Source: Geosiphon pyriformis uo1 (taxonomy: Eukaryota > Fungi > Glomeromycota). From it: 64,000 bases of DNA. The position numbers and the translations under genes were made by a program. The stretch lies in contig JAAOMT010000586.1 of NCBI GenBank assembly GCA_016748015.1, forward strand, positions 1 through 64,000. The letters are read 5' to 3'. Shown piece by piece: positions 10,901-24,978 of the stretch (positions are counted from its first letter, which is position 1; every line of letters starts with the position of its first letter). The notes beneath the pieces are model-generated. The model searched no databases and had not been told where the DNA came from. It was given only the letters and a program-made list of their open reading frames with translations.

Positions 10901-13900
10901 TTCAAATATTAAAATAACAATGTTTTTAAAGTTATGTTGCGATTTTACACTTATTTAATTTTTTGTAAACAATTAACTATCAGTTTAATTTTGTGATGAT
11001 TCAATATAAATTAATGTAACTTGCTACAAACCTTTTATAAAAATAAAAAAAATCTCATTAATAAAATAATAATTTTTTTTTATATTGTAGAAGATTTGAC
11101 TATATTGCTTATTAATGTTTTGTAAAAACAGTCAATAAAATTTTTGACAGCTTTACTAAAAATAATTAAGTTTAGATACAGTAAAAACTATATATCTAAA
11201 TATTTCAGTTCTTATAATTAATATTTAAAATTCTGCTAACACAATAAATTAAACTTTTTTTATTATTTGAAAAACAAGCTTTTGTTTTAGTTTTAAGTTT
11301 AAAATCTGTTGAAAATTTAATGCAATAAAAATTATTGTTTATTATTTAATTTTGTTCTTAGTTTTAATTATATTATTTAAATTCGAACGACCAAGTTTAG
11401 TTTTAGTATAATTATAAAAGCACAAATTGATTCAAATATTAATTTTTTGTTTTATTTATCAAGTTTTTGTAGTTTAATATAGTATTTTATTTATAAAAAA
11501 AACAGTCACTTTATGTTATTAAAAATTATTGATAGATATTCTATTGTTTTAAGAAATATTAGTCAAGAAATTTAATAATTAATTTTTACTATTAAACATT
11601 AAAAAAATATATTTAATATTATTAAGAACTCATATTATGCTATTATTCTTGAATTATCTTGGTTACAACTGCATATTTTATTAATTAACTAAAAAATATA
11701 TCTTATTATGTTTTTCGATATGTCTAAAATTATAAATATATATTAATCAAATTAAAAAACAAAATTAGCTTTTTAATTATTAATAGATAAGTAATATAAT
11801 TAATGTAATTAGTTTTGAAATTACAAATACTAATTTTGGTAAAAGTTAAAAAATAAGTAGCAATTATTAATAAAAATAACACAACTGTTATAATTTTATA
11901 TTTTAATTAATGTTTTTAAAATTCAACAACAATATTAATTATTTTTGCCAGTTGTTTATTTAATGAATTATAAGATCAAATTTTACTTTAAAGTTAAGTT
12001 CTATAAATAGATATCAAAAAAAGATAAAGTTAACTTTTATTGGAAGATAAAAAAATATTAAGATAATTTTATTTCAGATACTTTTTTACAGCTTTGGAAA
12101 ATATTTGCATATAAAATTAATGATAATATAACTAACAATTAAGTCAACAACTATTTTTAAAGTAAAATAGCTAATTATGTAACATTTATGATTAATATAT
12201 AATTAAAAAAAATATTATAAAGAAATGTTAAATTGCAAAAAAAGTTTTTTTTAATTACTTAAAGTAATAGTGTAAAAACTTAAAATAAAAACATACCAAC
12301 AACTTTTTTTACTTTTATATTTTTATTGTTAACATTTTTCTTAAAAATTAATATTATTTAGTTTTTAATAGATTTTTTAAAAATTTTAACTATTTTAAAT
12401 TAGAATTTTTTTAGAAAAAAATAAGTTTGGTTTAGTTATTCTAAAATTTTGTCTTTTATCAACAATGTATTAATTATATTACAAAGATTAATTTAGCTAT
12501 AAAAAATTTTTTTTTAATTTAAACAACAATATAATTATTAAAATAAATACAAACAAAATTTGGGTGTACTTTTTAATATAATTATTTTTAATTAATTATT
12601 ATTTATTGAAAAAGAAAAAAATTTGTATTTTTAATTACTTTAATTAATTAATTAATAAATTGTGTTATTTATTTAAAAAATTAATCTAATATTATAAAAA
12701 CTAAAATAAATTTTTTTTAACACTCTTATATCTTTTAACAATAAATAAGTAATTTTTTAAAATGTAAATATTTTTAAAAAATCAAATTAAATCATATAAT
12801 TGGTTTTGAAAACATAAAAAGCTTTTAAATATATTATAGAAAAACTGATATTTTTAAAAAAACGGAATTTATACTTAATAGTTTTATTAAAAGTAAAAAA
12901 AATTCAAATTACTTGGTTTTAAGTTGTAAAAACCACTTTTTTTAATTCCAATAAAATAATTTAAAAGCATTGATATTAAACAATATTATTTTAAACTAAT
13001 TAAGTGGGTTTATTTTAAATGTTTAAATTATTATTCAATATGCTGTTTTTTTTAAAAAATCTTAAGTACAATGTTTGATTTTAATAATAACTATCTTTTT
13101 GAATTGTTAACTATTTTGCAAATAATAAACTTATTTTAATTTTATTTAATTAAAAAAAAAATTAAAGAATATATATTTGTTAATTGTATTAGAGCTTTTA
13201 AAAACACAATAATATAAATTTTAACAATAATTAACTAGATTAATAAGAATAATAATAACGTTTGTAAATATTTTTTTAAAGTAATGAAAATTTTGATTTA
13301 AAAAAAATAGAAAGTAGTTAAAAATTAAAAATTTTAATTTATAACCCATTCAAATCTATATTCGAAATATACCAGTTGATAGAGTGCCAAGAAAATAAAG
13401 TTTTAAAATTTTTGGCTGACGAATTATTATCTCATCAAATGAACATAAATATAATGACAAACTTTTTTTAAAAAAATGGTAGTTGCCAAAAAATTTTGAC
13501 CTCGGTAAATTCCACGTGTAATAGGGAAAAATTTCATCAAGTGAAAAATCCTGAGGACGTTGGGTACCCGAAATAAACAACGAACACCCCCGAGAAGTTC
13601 ACCGGTGATCATCACGTATTGAATTTTTGATGTCTAAATTCATGTCCCTATATACATTTATTGTTAGCTAATCATAAAGTTTGTAAAACCAAAGGCTTTA
13701 AGCGAGACCCTAAAAACCCGAAAAGGGCACATAAGGAAAATTACCATAAAAAATTAATCTCTCACGAAGAAAAATGACCCTCGTTCTGAAAAAGAAAGGT
13801 CCTGAATTTATTTAGACTTTGAAACGAACCATTGATTGCAAATACTTGTTTTTTAATATGCGCGCGTTAACGTAATTTAGATGAGTCTTTGGGTTCTTTT

Positions 13901-14224
13901 CTGAGGAATTAAGGATAAAATTTTAATTCGCAACATTTCTAAAAATTTAAAACGCTAATAGTAGCAAAATTTACCTTATTATTTTAACCATCTTCATAAT
14001 AGTAAAAATTTGATTTACTTGTAAAATTGACAAAGTAACAAAAAATTAAGCCATTTGAAAAAAACCAACTACATATTCTTGGCATACTAATACTATAGGC
14101 CAACAAACTTCCCGAATAGAATATTAAATTTCCAAACGTAGAATTACGCCTCAATTTTAATTTTTAAAATCGATAATCACTTGGCATATGTTAATAGAGT
14201 ACTCGAAAAACCAAAGCCAAAGAT

Positions 14225-15050
14225 TGCCTGGAATGCGTTATGGGTCTCGTCATGATTTGGGGAAATTTTATTCCTTCGTCGTCAGTCACTAGATCATGCG
14301 CCTTTTTCCTTTAATACATCTCAAGCTACGCGTTCTTTGCCAGAGTTTCGAGAGGTAAAACAAAAATTACAGAGAATGTGGAATTTAGGTTCAGTCCCGA
14401 CAAGATTTTCGAGCCACTAACTACATCTGGGTTCATATGATCGAAGGCCTTGTTTTTGGTCCAGAAATTTGTTTCGATCGCAAATCGTTGTGAAGGAGGG
14501 AAGGATATAGAAAAATGATAATATATATTATAATCACGACTTGACACTTATTGTCGGTGGGATTTTTGCATTAAAAAAAAATGTTCCAATGTCTATTTCT
14601 TCAATGGGACTCTGTCAATTGTATATTTTAACCTTTCAGGTAAACGTGCCCAATTACTGATCTAGCTTCCAAGATCAGGCAACTCCCCTTCAAATGCAAA
14701 GTTTTTTGTTTCTTCAAGGAGGGATGTAATTTGTATTAATGGGCAAAATTCGGAATTAACAAGATCTTTTTCTGGATTAACAAATTAAGCTCGCTCGAGA
14801 ACCTCTACTGTTGAAATCCAAAATGTATTCATCTTCACCTTCTCCATCCTTGAGAGGGAAAAACTGTGGTGATTCTTTGAAACTTTGAGATCATAAGAAA
14901 AAAGCTCTTGGGGTATTGAGAGATTTTTCTACTAAAACTAGCCTAAAAAATTTGCCTTCGGAGCTCTTTTTCCTATAGCCATCGAAAGATATCATCCTCT
15001 CTGTGCTCAAATGTCTTCTCTAAATGCATGAGCTTCTTTCATAAAAATCC
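14225..15050 (-). pseudogene. Possible decayed coding region of unknown product
   Basis: Locally higher GC with CpG retained. Minus-strand frames read protein-like for long stretches interrupted by isolated TAG/TAA (e.g. the 14326-14547 frame continues as KKAHDLVTDDEGIKFPQIMTRPITHS). No family recognised. Confidence 0.25.
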
Positions 15051-15532
15051 ACGATCAAATAGTGAAAAGTTCATTCTTACAATTATTCAAATAGGGATAT
15101 CACCCTCTTAACGCTTGTAAATTTTTTTTTATAAAAAAACTACGAAATCTAAGCCTTTCGATAAAAATTTCTGCTTTTCTTTGATAAAGTATTGAATTTC
15201 CACAGCTTTTATCTAAAAGTTCCAAATCGTTATATTTAAGGGTGGCTGAAAGGATTGTATAAACTATCACTGAAGATGGATATACTACTGGAGAACAAAG
15301 TTGGCTCAGGAAGATTATACGATTGACGACTGAAATCAATGATGTATATGAGTGAAATAATTTTATATATAAATATTCAGGTTCAAAGTGGTAAACTGAT
15401 TTTTAAATTAAAGATTTGACGGCGTGCCTGAAAGACAGGATGAAGATAATGTGTAAAAGGTATATATATTTCAAAGGAAGGAGATTGATGTAAACTTTTT
15501 TTTTGATTTTGTTGAAGGGGATTGTGAATACT

Positions 15533-16800
15533 TTAAGGAGTCGATTGATATGGTGGTATTTCTTGATTTTCGATATTTTTAATTATTACATTTTCATCCA
15601 TAATTTCCTTCCAAATGGATGGTAAGATTGAAGAATCGGGTGAAAACCAATGTTTGGAACCAGCTTTTTGTTGATCATCCATCTTGTAAAGTTCTGGGTT
15701 ATTATCGTTGAAAACGTTTGTTGTTGATCGACTGGTGAATTCATTAGCAGTATCGTTTCTGAGAGAATTACTAGGTGTTGGAACTCCACCTTGCAGAATT
15801 TTATGGAGTGGAGGTAACTGGGTTGAAAAGTTTTCCAAATTTAAAGGGGCGTCCAATAATTGCATCGGAGATACATTAACCAAAGAATCAAGGTCTGACA
15901 GCGAAGTTAAAGCAGAGATTGGCTCCAAAGAGGAGATGTGTACTTCTTTGTTTGGTTTACATAGAGGAGGAAGTTTCTTGTTATGTGAGGGCCGAGCCTT
16001 ATTGATCCAAGGATCTCCTATATGAGCTTCGGTGAATGAATTATTACAGGCATCAAAAGTCGGAGATAACTATACCAATATTATTAAAGAAGATAATCTT
16101 GAGTAATCTATATTAAATTAATTAACTATTAATCACGTGATAAAAACCTGCTGATATACGGAATGGGGTTGTTTTGGGGAATGAGTCTGGCAAGAATCAT
16201 CAAAGTAAACGAAATTTGATAACGAAGAATCATAGGGTGATTTTGGTATAATAGTAGTTTGATAATGTTGATTTGCTGAATAAAGCAAATAATGATGAAA
16301 TTGAAGTTGAAAGATATTTAAATTTTATATTATATATAAACATGCTCACCTTTTTGTTGTTGTTTAGAAGGATAATATTGCGTCTTTGAGGGAGAGACCT
16401 GTAGTATGCTAGGACCTTGATTGGTGTGCGTCTCAATACTCATTGCTGATGATATTTTGGGAGCTTTTTCAATTACTTTGAGGACTCCAGGCGCCAAATT
16501 ACCTTTTGTCTCTAAGATTTCACTTTTTAATTTCCTTTTGAAATCTGGGTCTTGCTTTTGAAGATAAGCATCATCAATAGTACTTAAAATTATCTCTATT
16601 CGATCCTCCCTACTTCTAATTATGTCGAAATTACTTTTCGGAGGACCGCGTTTCTTTTTGTTTGTATCAAATTGACATTCCATCTGTAATTCTTCACAAC
16701 GGCTACATAACGGCGGTCCTGTACATTTTACCTTCTTTTTTCTACATGTTAAACATGCCGCAGTTACCTTTAAACGTTTGATTGGTGGTCCGGGAATCAT
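15533..16800 (-). CDS. Zn(II)2Cys6 binuclear-cluster transcription factor; exons 16800-16350, 16275-16148, 16069-15533 (~371 aa)
   Basis: ACLTCRKKKVKCTGPPLCSRCEELQMECQF followed by KKRGPPK and a short coiled coil. 74-nt and 78-nt GT-AG introns join ORFs 16330-16893 and 15533-15928 in frame. Confidence 0.88.
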
Positions 16801-19464
16801 TTTGATGGTTGAAAATGACCTTTTTAATTCATAATATGCGCGACCTTTAAGAGTCTTTTTATGTAAATGAAAGAAAATTTCCTTCTGCTTCACACTGACT
16901 TTTAGTTCCGATAGCCAAAATTAGACTATTAACATGAAAAGAATGTTTAACAATAACAAATTAATGAAAGTCAAAGAAAGGAAAGAAAAATATGATCTGT
17001 TACGCAAAGATTAGTTTGATTTTAACTAAAAAGTGAGAAAAACTCAAGCAAAAATGGTAAATATGGAAAATGGGATGAGTTACTCGCGACAGAAGGTAAT
17101 ACAACATAATATATATATATGAGAAATTGGTATCGTAAATTTAACACTGTATGCAGTTTTTTTCCCGATGAAAGGAAATTTTTCTGATTTAATTAAAAAT
17201 CTGGGTTTACCTGAAATCGGGGTTTTCCAAGGTCGGAAATTCCCTCTTTGTGTAATCTGATAATCAATAATAAATTCATGTCCGAATGAACTCCCCCAAA
17301 AAAACATATTTTTTTTTTCGTAAGGGTTTGGGACATTGAAAATCTGAACTAATTTAGAATTCACAGCCGGAAACCCAAATTTATTAGGTCATCCATTAAT
17401 TTAAATAGTATATATAACGGGGGGTGGGGCACTTTTTCAACTATTTATACATTGGTTAACTTAGTTCCACAGAAGTAAGTAACAACCTCCTTGTATATCT
17501 TTTTAGAATAAAGCAAAAAATGGTACAGTTTAATCATAATAAAGCCCATAACCAAACTGACTCAGGCCAAAATTATGTAATAGATCTTCAAATAAATTAA
17601 AAAAAAAAAGTTTTATTTAACTTAACAATTGCGGAGTTTTAGATGACTTTTTACTTGCAGGAAGATCATTTACTCCGAAAATTGCGAATTGACTGAGATC
17701 TGTGTTTCCCTTCATGCAAATTTTCAGAAAGGATCTCTTTTTCAAATTTTACTTTCATGAACCTATTGAGCTATTTTTTGAGCTCATGTACAACTTAAAA
17801 GTCCGATTTCATTAAAGTGGTATCAATCATATTTTTTACTCAAACTCATTGCCCTTATGGTAAAATGGATCTTTCTCAATCTTATACTAAACTATAGCAT
17901 AAAAAATTATTTTGGATTAAAAATTTAATAAAAATTTTTTTTGATATAAATATAAATTCATATTGAGTTTTGGATTTTGGATTTTATTGAAATTTTTTAT
18001 CTAATTAATAATAACAAGGGAAATTTTTTGGAATTCTTGTGTAACATATTCGACTTTAAAATTTTTCCACTTTTTATATTTTGTTTATTAAAATTGGCGT
18101 GGGAATACACATCTCTGGGAACTTTTTTTCAATAATTTGGATACAAACTAAAAAAATACGGCTTCTTTACTAATCAAAAAACGCTATGATTAACATCCTT
18201 CAAATTTTATTTTTCATTTATTATCAGAAAATAATTGTTCGATTTCAAAAAAATCCCATTTTTGATTAAATCATTTCCTAAATTAGACTTTTACATTCTG
18301 AGTTTTTAATATATAATAAAGAATTAATTGAAGAAATAAATTTCGGATTGAGCTTTTATAAGTGGTTCCCGAACCATTTTACCATATTTAGAAAATTAGC
18401 CGATCATTGTAGTCGTGCCATATCGAAATGCGGAATATCCCGAAAGTTCTAGAATGAACCAATCGTGAAAGAGTTTTTACATAATAATTGTTATAAAATG
18501 TGCCGTTTTCAATTTTCTTGGTTTGCTTTATGGTTCTTTAAGGATTAGGATCTTTTTCATATAATTTTTTTCGAGTCTGGACTTCAGATCTATTCAAGAA
18601 ATCTCAATAATTTTTCTAATATAATGTGCCTTTCCAAAATTCTCAATGTTCTTTGAAATGATCCCATTTATATAAAAAAATTATTCCTTTTAATAGATGA
18701 AGTGTGAGACGGCAAAAGATTTTATGTTTCAGTTAATTCCTTTAATATTTAATATTCAGTTTTGTTTTCTCTCTCTTCATCAAATAACGAAAGGTATATT
18801 TGTAACGTTCCCCTTCAGAAAACATTGACGTTTTTAAATGATCAGAATAAAAAAACCGACACTTTTGTAAAATACACATAGTAATTGAGATAATTAATTT
18901 CAGTAAAGAAATGTTTCTCCCTTCTTGAAAGTGATGAATAGAAAAGTACGACCCATTTAAATTACTGGTAGGCGTCTAAAAATGCCGCAAGAGTTTTGAA
19001 CAATTAAATTTAGTTGCTATTTCAGATTCCAACTTATGCCAGGTAGTTCACAAGTTTTTGACATACAACTCAGAAATATTGAAGTAGTTGAAAGAAGGCA
19101 ACAGCAAAATTTATCTGTCATTTTATTGGAGTCTCCAGTAAAAGTTAATTTTTTAAAATTTAAAAGTTCATTGAGAGATGCAACCCATATTTATTATGTG
19201 GATTGTCATTTATTTGATGAAGGATAGTTAGCTTTACCTAGACGTGAATTACAGTTTGCCAATCGGTCAAGTCTTTTAAAGCTCTGAGTTATTAACAGAA
19301 AATGTTGAAATTCATAGTTGAGAGATTTATGCAAGCTCCAAAAATAATTTAAATGTGATGCTGAGTGAATATTTATAAATATTATTAAATAATCAATACT
19401 CCTTAAATGACGCAAAGCTTCTAGGCCCGAAAATAGCAGAAAATGAGAAATTAATTTCAACGAT

Positions 19465-20123
19465 ATGCCAAAAAAAGAAAACTTCGTACTTGAAGAAAAA
19501 GTTCATGATATTGAGCAAGATAAAAAATTCCCTCTCGAAGGCATTTCTAATTCTATCCTACATGGGAGTTCAGGTGATTGTAAAATATTCATTTGAATTT
19601 ATTTATTAAGAATTGTCAAATTTAGTCTTTTAAAATTTGTAGTTTACTCAACTCTCTCTCGGCGAAAGATTCGACGAGCTTTAGGTTTAGCAACAGGATC
19701 TTATTATAGATACCGGGTATTCAAGAAATTTTTGGCTTCAATTTATATTTTTGAAAGTGAATTTTCATTTTACTGTATTCAATCCTCGAATTAGGCATCT
19801 AAAACAAGTTTCAAATCTAAATATGAAACTGTACAAAAGAAGTTGAAACTAAAATATAACCAGAAATGTCAATTTCATCCTCTTGGATGCTTTATTGTGG
19901 ATGAGTCCGGCAGATACCATCTAATCTTGAACAAAAAATTATGATTAAACATTGGGCTTGTCTTATCGTAAGTAAAAATTCTCAATTGAGTTATCCTGCA
20001 TAGGTATATGAATCTTATTTTTAAACAAAACAGGCATCTGGTGACGACGTGAAAGTAGATACATTACCTAATTTCGAGGAAATACCAGAATTTAATGTTG
20101 AAAATGCTGTTCTCTTGGAATAA
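19465..20123 (+). pseudogene. Four-exon gene of unknown function with a 1-nt frameshift; exons 19465-19573, 19643-19716, 19795-19967, 20034-20123
   Basis: Three canonical GT-AG introns of ~66-78 nt give MPKKENF...RRKIRRALGLATGSYYRYR|ASK...KYNQKCQFHPLGCFIVDESGRYHLILNKK/MIKHWACLI|ASGDDVKVDTLPNF...*. Frame breaks in the A6 run at 19933-19938. The 5' end is uncertain. Confidence 0.55.
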
Positions 20124-22169
20124 GTGGTTTAAGTGTGAATATTATAAAAAGAATAAGTTTAGTTAAAAGACTGAAGAAAGCTATCAAAAATTCAAAAACA
20201 ATCAACACTAAATGTGTGGTCATTACTGACTTATAGAATTTATTGGATAGTTTCAATGGCATGTTAAATTCATAGATTAGAAAAAAAATATATATTAAAT
20301 ATAATTTGACATATAAATTGGAGAAAGTTTCTTATTTTTTTGTTTTCATAATCTTATTAACATTTTATAAAATTTTGTACTTAAAAAGGGCAGCCATTCA
20401 TATTAAGTTAATTCTTATTGAAAGAAAAATATTGGCCATTATAAAAACTTTAAATATTGCATAATTACTAAAAAAAAAAAAATGTAATTTTATCACAATA
20501 TAAGAAAACCGAACAAAAAAAATAATGTGTGCTTATGTTCAAAGTTATTAATAACTTAAATTTGGATTCATTTTTAAATAACAAAAAAAAACATTGTTAT
20601 TTTAAAAACACAACAAAATTGCATGTGTTAATTAATGCAAAAATAAAAAAAAGTGTGAAAATTGGAATTATTCTTAACAAATATGAATATGACATATAAA
20701 AAATTATGATATTAACTATTTAATACTGTGAAAATGTTTTATAAAAGAAATAAGAAATCAATAGTGTTTCGTAAACAATTTTAATGTGAAAAATCATAAT
20801 GTATTTAAAAATTTCAAATGCTAAACTGGCCAGTAAAATGTGATATGTGAGTTTATAAAAAATTATAACATTAATGCAGCAAAAAAATTTGTTACAATAT
20901 TGAACAAATAAGAAATTAACAAAATATCATAATAAAAAATCCATTTTTGCAATTATTAAGTGCTTTAAAATAAAATCTCCCAAAAATTGCTAATGACTCA
21001 AAAATATATATATGATTTTATTTTTACTAAATATTAATGTTTATTTCATGAAAAACATATTAAATTAAACTTATAATTTTATAATAAAATATTTAAATAG
21101 TATAAAATATTTACTAATTGTAATCTTTATTCATAAAAAAATAATACAAAAACATTTTGTATAATAAATTGTTTTAAGTTAAATATTAAAGTTCATTATA
21201 TCAAAATTTCTATTATAATAAAATTATTTAACATACAGTTTATTGCGAAAATAATTGAAAAAAAAAACATAGAGAATTACATGAATGTATTTTTTCTCTA
21301 TTAAGATAATTTTTTTTGTTAAAACACTAATATTTAAATTTTTTGTATTTTCTACCAGTTTTTTCATTAAAAATTGAGCCAAAATGCTAAAATTCTGATA
21401 AGAACAATACAAAAAGATTTCGCATTTTTGTAAAATAAAATATATTTAACAAAATAATTTTTAATTCAGTGAAAATTATACAAATTAAGGAAAATAATAA
21501 TTGAAAAAACCATCTTTTTCTTAAAAAAAATATTCTGCCAAGCAATTTAATATGTTTAAATTAATTTTTCAAAAAATACAGCAATATAAGACTATTTTTT
21601 GTATGTTTCGCCAATAGCAGGTAAAAAATACATCAGTCTTATTTCAACAATTTTCTGGCATTTGAAAATATAATAAAACAGTAATATGAAAAAATCGTTA
21701 ACTTTTTCAGTTTCAAAAAAAAACAACTTAAAATCTTTACAGGTAACCACTTTTTTAAAAAAGTAAAACCCATTTATTTTGATTTACAGAAATAATAACA
21801 ACAAAGATGGGTGTCGAAATTTTTAAAAATTATTGTTTTGAACTTCAAAAATTTATGAAAAGACAATAACAGTTTTAACAGAATAATTTCAAGCAAAAAA
21901 AACTATCTTGTAATAAAATATATTGAATTTTGAATGTTATTAATAAAAGAAAGTACCCATTAAAGAGTTTGGTAATTGTTATAGCTTGGTTAATTCATAT
22001 TACAAGTGTTTTTTAGTTGCAAAAAGCTGAAAAAATAATTTTGATTAATAATATTTATAATATAGTAATTTTCGCTTTTTTTCAAAAAATTTTGCCTTAA
22101 CAGAATATTTAATTTTTATAATATATTATTTGGGATTTATTTTCACATTACTTAATTATATACTTTAAT

Positions 22170-22530
22170 TATTTGTTTGTTTTTTTGCCTGTGCAAGTAT
22201 ATTTCAATCACTATCTGTTTACATACAACCTATTCAAGCTATATATTAAATGCGACTCACGCTCTTTCTACACGTGACCAGCCACTCGAGTCGATCAAAG
22301 ACTATCTTCTATTCAAGACTATTTTCAAAAAATCCAAGTTAAACGTATTTAACGTCACTCACCATCTCTAGCAGCTTTCTCAAACCCAGAGAGCATATAT
22401 GCCCCAGCCATATAACACAATTTGAATCTCTCCACATTAACCAATTTTTTACTAGAGACGAGATCCGCGGCATCGTCATCACTAAATAGACCAATTCTTT
22501 ACAATTTGACCGATGGGACCCATATTTACT
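22170..22530 (-). mobile_element. 5'-truncated non-LTR retroelement fragment (LINE 3' end or LINE-dependent SINE)
   Basis: Contains tttctacacgtgaccagccactcgagtcgatc, matching the 3' UTR core of the LINEs near 49875-49905 and 57423-57455. A-rich tail on the minus strand, (TTTA)n next to its 5' end, short open frame ending ...GFEKAARDGE*. Confidence 0.65.
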
Positions 22531-24978
22531 TCGTTATTTATTTATTTATTTATTTACTTTAAATATTTATTACTTAATTATTATTGGTTGATTGTGTTAA
22601 TTTATCTAACATGATTTACAAAAATTTACAATACATTAAATAGTTTTAAATTATGAATTACCTCAAACTTCGTAACAAATAAAAAATCCAAGTGTTTTGT
22701 TAAATTTAGCAAAATTTTATAGATTTAGGATAAAATTCATGATACTTCAGTAAAATTTACAAAAATTATATGTGTATTAAAAGTATTATTATACTTTACT
22801 AAGTATAAACCAATCACTATTTACAAATTACATATTCAAACTTAAAAATAGATTATATGCTTTTTACACATGGTTGGCCACTCAAATCAATCAAGTTTGA
22901 TTTACAGTAAAGTTTTCTTTATCATTTACATATATCTTGAAAATCATAAAGTTTCAAAAATATAGAAAAAAGTTTTTTCTTTCATTCCAATCTATTGCAG
23001 TTGCATTAAGTTTTTTATCTAAAAAATAATTATTGATAAATTCAATGTTTACAGCACTTCTAATCTGTTTTATAATTTTTGAAATTTTTGTTGCTACATT
23101 TTTAAGTTTTCTAATATGATGAATAAATAAATAAATAAATTACTATTAAAACTTTTTAACAATAATTATTTTTGTAAATATTATTATTACCAAAATCAAA
23201 TTTGGACTTAGATTATCAATAAAACAAATTTTTTAACAAATTTTATGAAAATAATTTGGCAAATTAATTAGCAATTTAAACATATAAAACAAAATCAATT
23301 GAGTTTCAATTAATATATTCAAAACTGGTAATCTTGTAAAAAAAAACTTTGCAAAATTAAAAAAAAAAAAAAACAGTTTTATAGATTAAAGCCAATTGTG
23401 TTTTTAAAATTAAATAATTGGAAAATAAAACAGATGTAATTATGGATTAAGCCAATTTTATTGCTAGTTTCAAAAACTGTACAACTAAAAAAAGTTGATT
23501 AATTTGACTTTTTAAAGCTATAATTTCTCTTTAACGCATAAAAGTTATTTATTAAACTAAATTTTTGAAATAAAAAGTAGTATATTATCACAAACTAATT
23601 AGTTTTAATTAATAGCAAAAATCTAATCACATACTATAAAAAATATACTAAAAAAATTATTATAATGACAAAAAAATTTTGAAAATACAAATTTTACACA
23701 AAAATACTTTAAAGACTAATTTAAGACCAACAAAATTAAATAAAAATTAAAAAACAGTTTTAATATAATTTAATTTAGTTTGAAAAATATTAAACCTCAA
23801 CACAAAAACAGCTATTTAATATTTTTTAATAACTGATAATAACTTTTTACTTATTAATAATATTAAAAAATACAGCAGTACCAAAAAAAGTAATGTTGTT
23901 TGAGTTTTTATAGTATTGATTAATTTTTCAGAATGAAGAATACTGTTTGTTAATTAAAAAACACATAATAAGATATAACTTGTTTCGTTTTATAACAAAC
24001 AACAATAATCCTGTTAAACAATGCAATTAAATATTAATCACTGTTTAATTTGATAAATATTTTATTATTGTTAATGTCAAAATCAAAAAAAAGCGTTGTT
24101 GTTTACAATTAAATTAAAGCCAATTATTTTTATTGGCATAATGATACAAAACTAATAAAAAAACTAGAATTAAATAATTGGATCAGAGCTATTTTTTTTA
24201 AAAAAAAACCAATTTTAAAAACATTAGTTGTAATTTTTATGTTTTTAAAAAGTGGAAAATTGTAGTTTTAAAAAACACCAAAAGAATAACTTTACCTTAA
24301 AATTTCAAATCAATTTGCTGCCGTTATAATTGTTAGTGTTAATAGTTGTTTTTTGGGTGTTTATTCTTTTTTAGTTATTTAAAAATATTAAAAGTAATAA
24401 AAATTGTTACAAAAATACAAAAGTTTTTAACACAGACTTTTTATTAAAGTCTTAAAACTTTTGTTGATAGTAAAAACAACATTAAAAATGTTTTTGGTGT
24501 GCTTTTAAAAAAACTTTGGCTGAAAAAAATTTAAGCCAAAAAAGTTTTTGTTTTAATGACAACTAAAAATTGGTTTATTTATGGAAAATGCTTTTAAACA
24601 TTTTGTTTAACTGTTTTTACTGATAAAAAAGTTTTCTGGTTATAATAACAAAATAAAAGTTTTTTTCTTTTGCTTTAATTGTAAACATAAAATCTACCAA
24701 ACTAAAAGAAAAAAATGATTTTACAAATTAATAAATTTTAAAGCCTAAATACAAACTCTTTTTTTTAAAAATTTCAAAAAAATAAATATTAGAAAATTTT
24801 TTATTTTTGTAAAAATCACAGCTAAAAAAAAATAACACAATAATACAATCAAAATACATTAAATCCATATACTTTCATACCAATAAAATATTAATCTTTT
24901 TTACTTACAAGCACAAACAACAAACTTAATATTTATTTGTCAAAAAAACTTAGTATATTAATTTTTAAAAATAATATA

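Noticed and set aside
8900-13350. Extremely AT-rich tract as centromere or origin
   Set aside because: No diagnostic repeat; similar tracts recur through the window and fit eroded transposons.
22250-22305. Hammerhead ribozyme in the LINE 3' core
   Set aside because: GAAA is present but no CUGANGA core is found.
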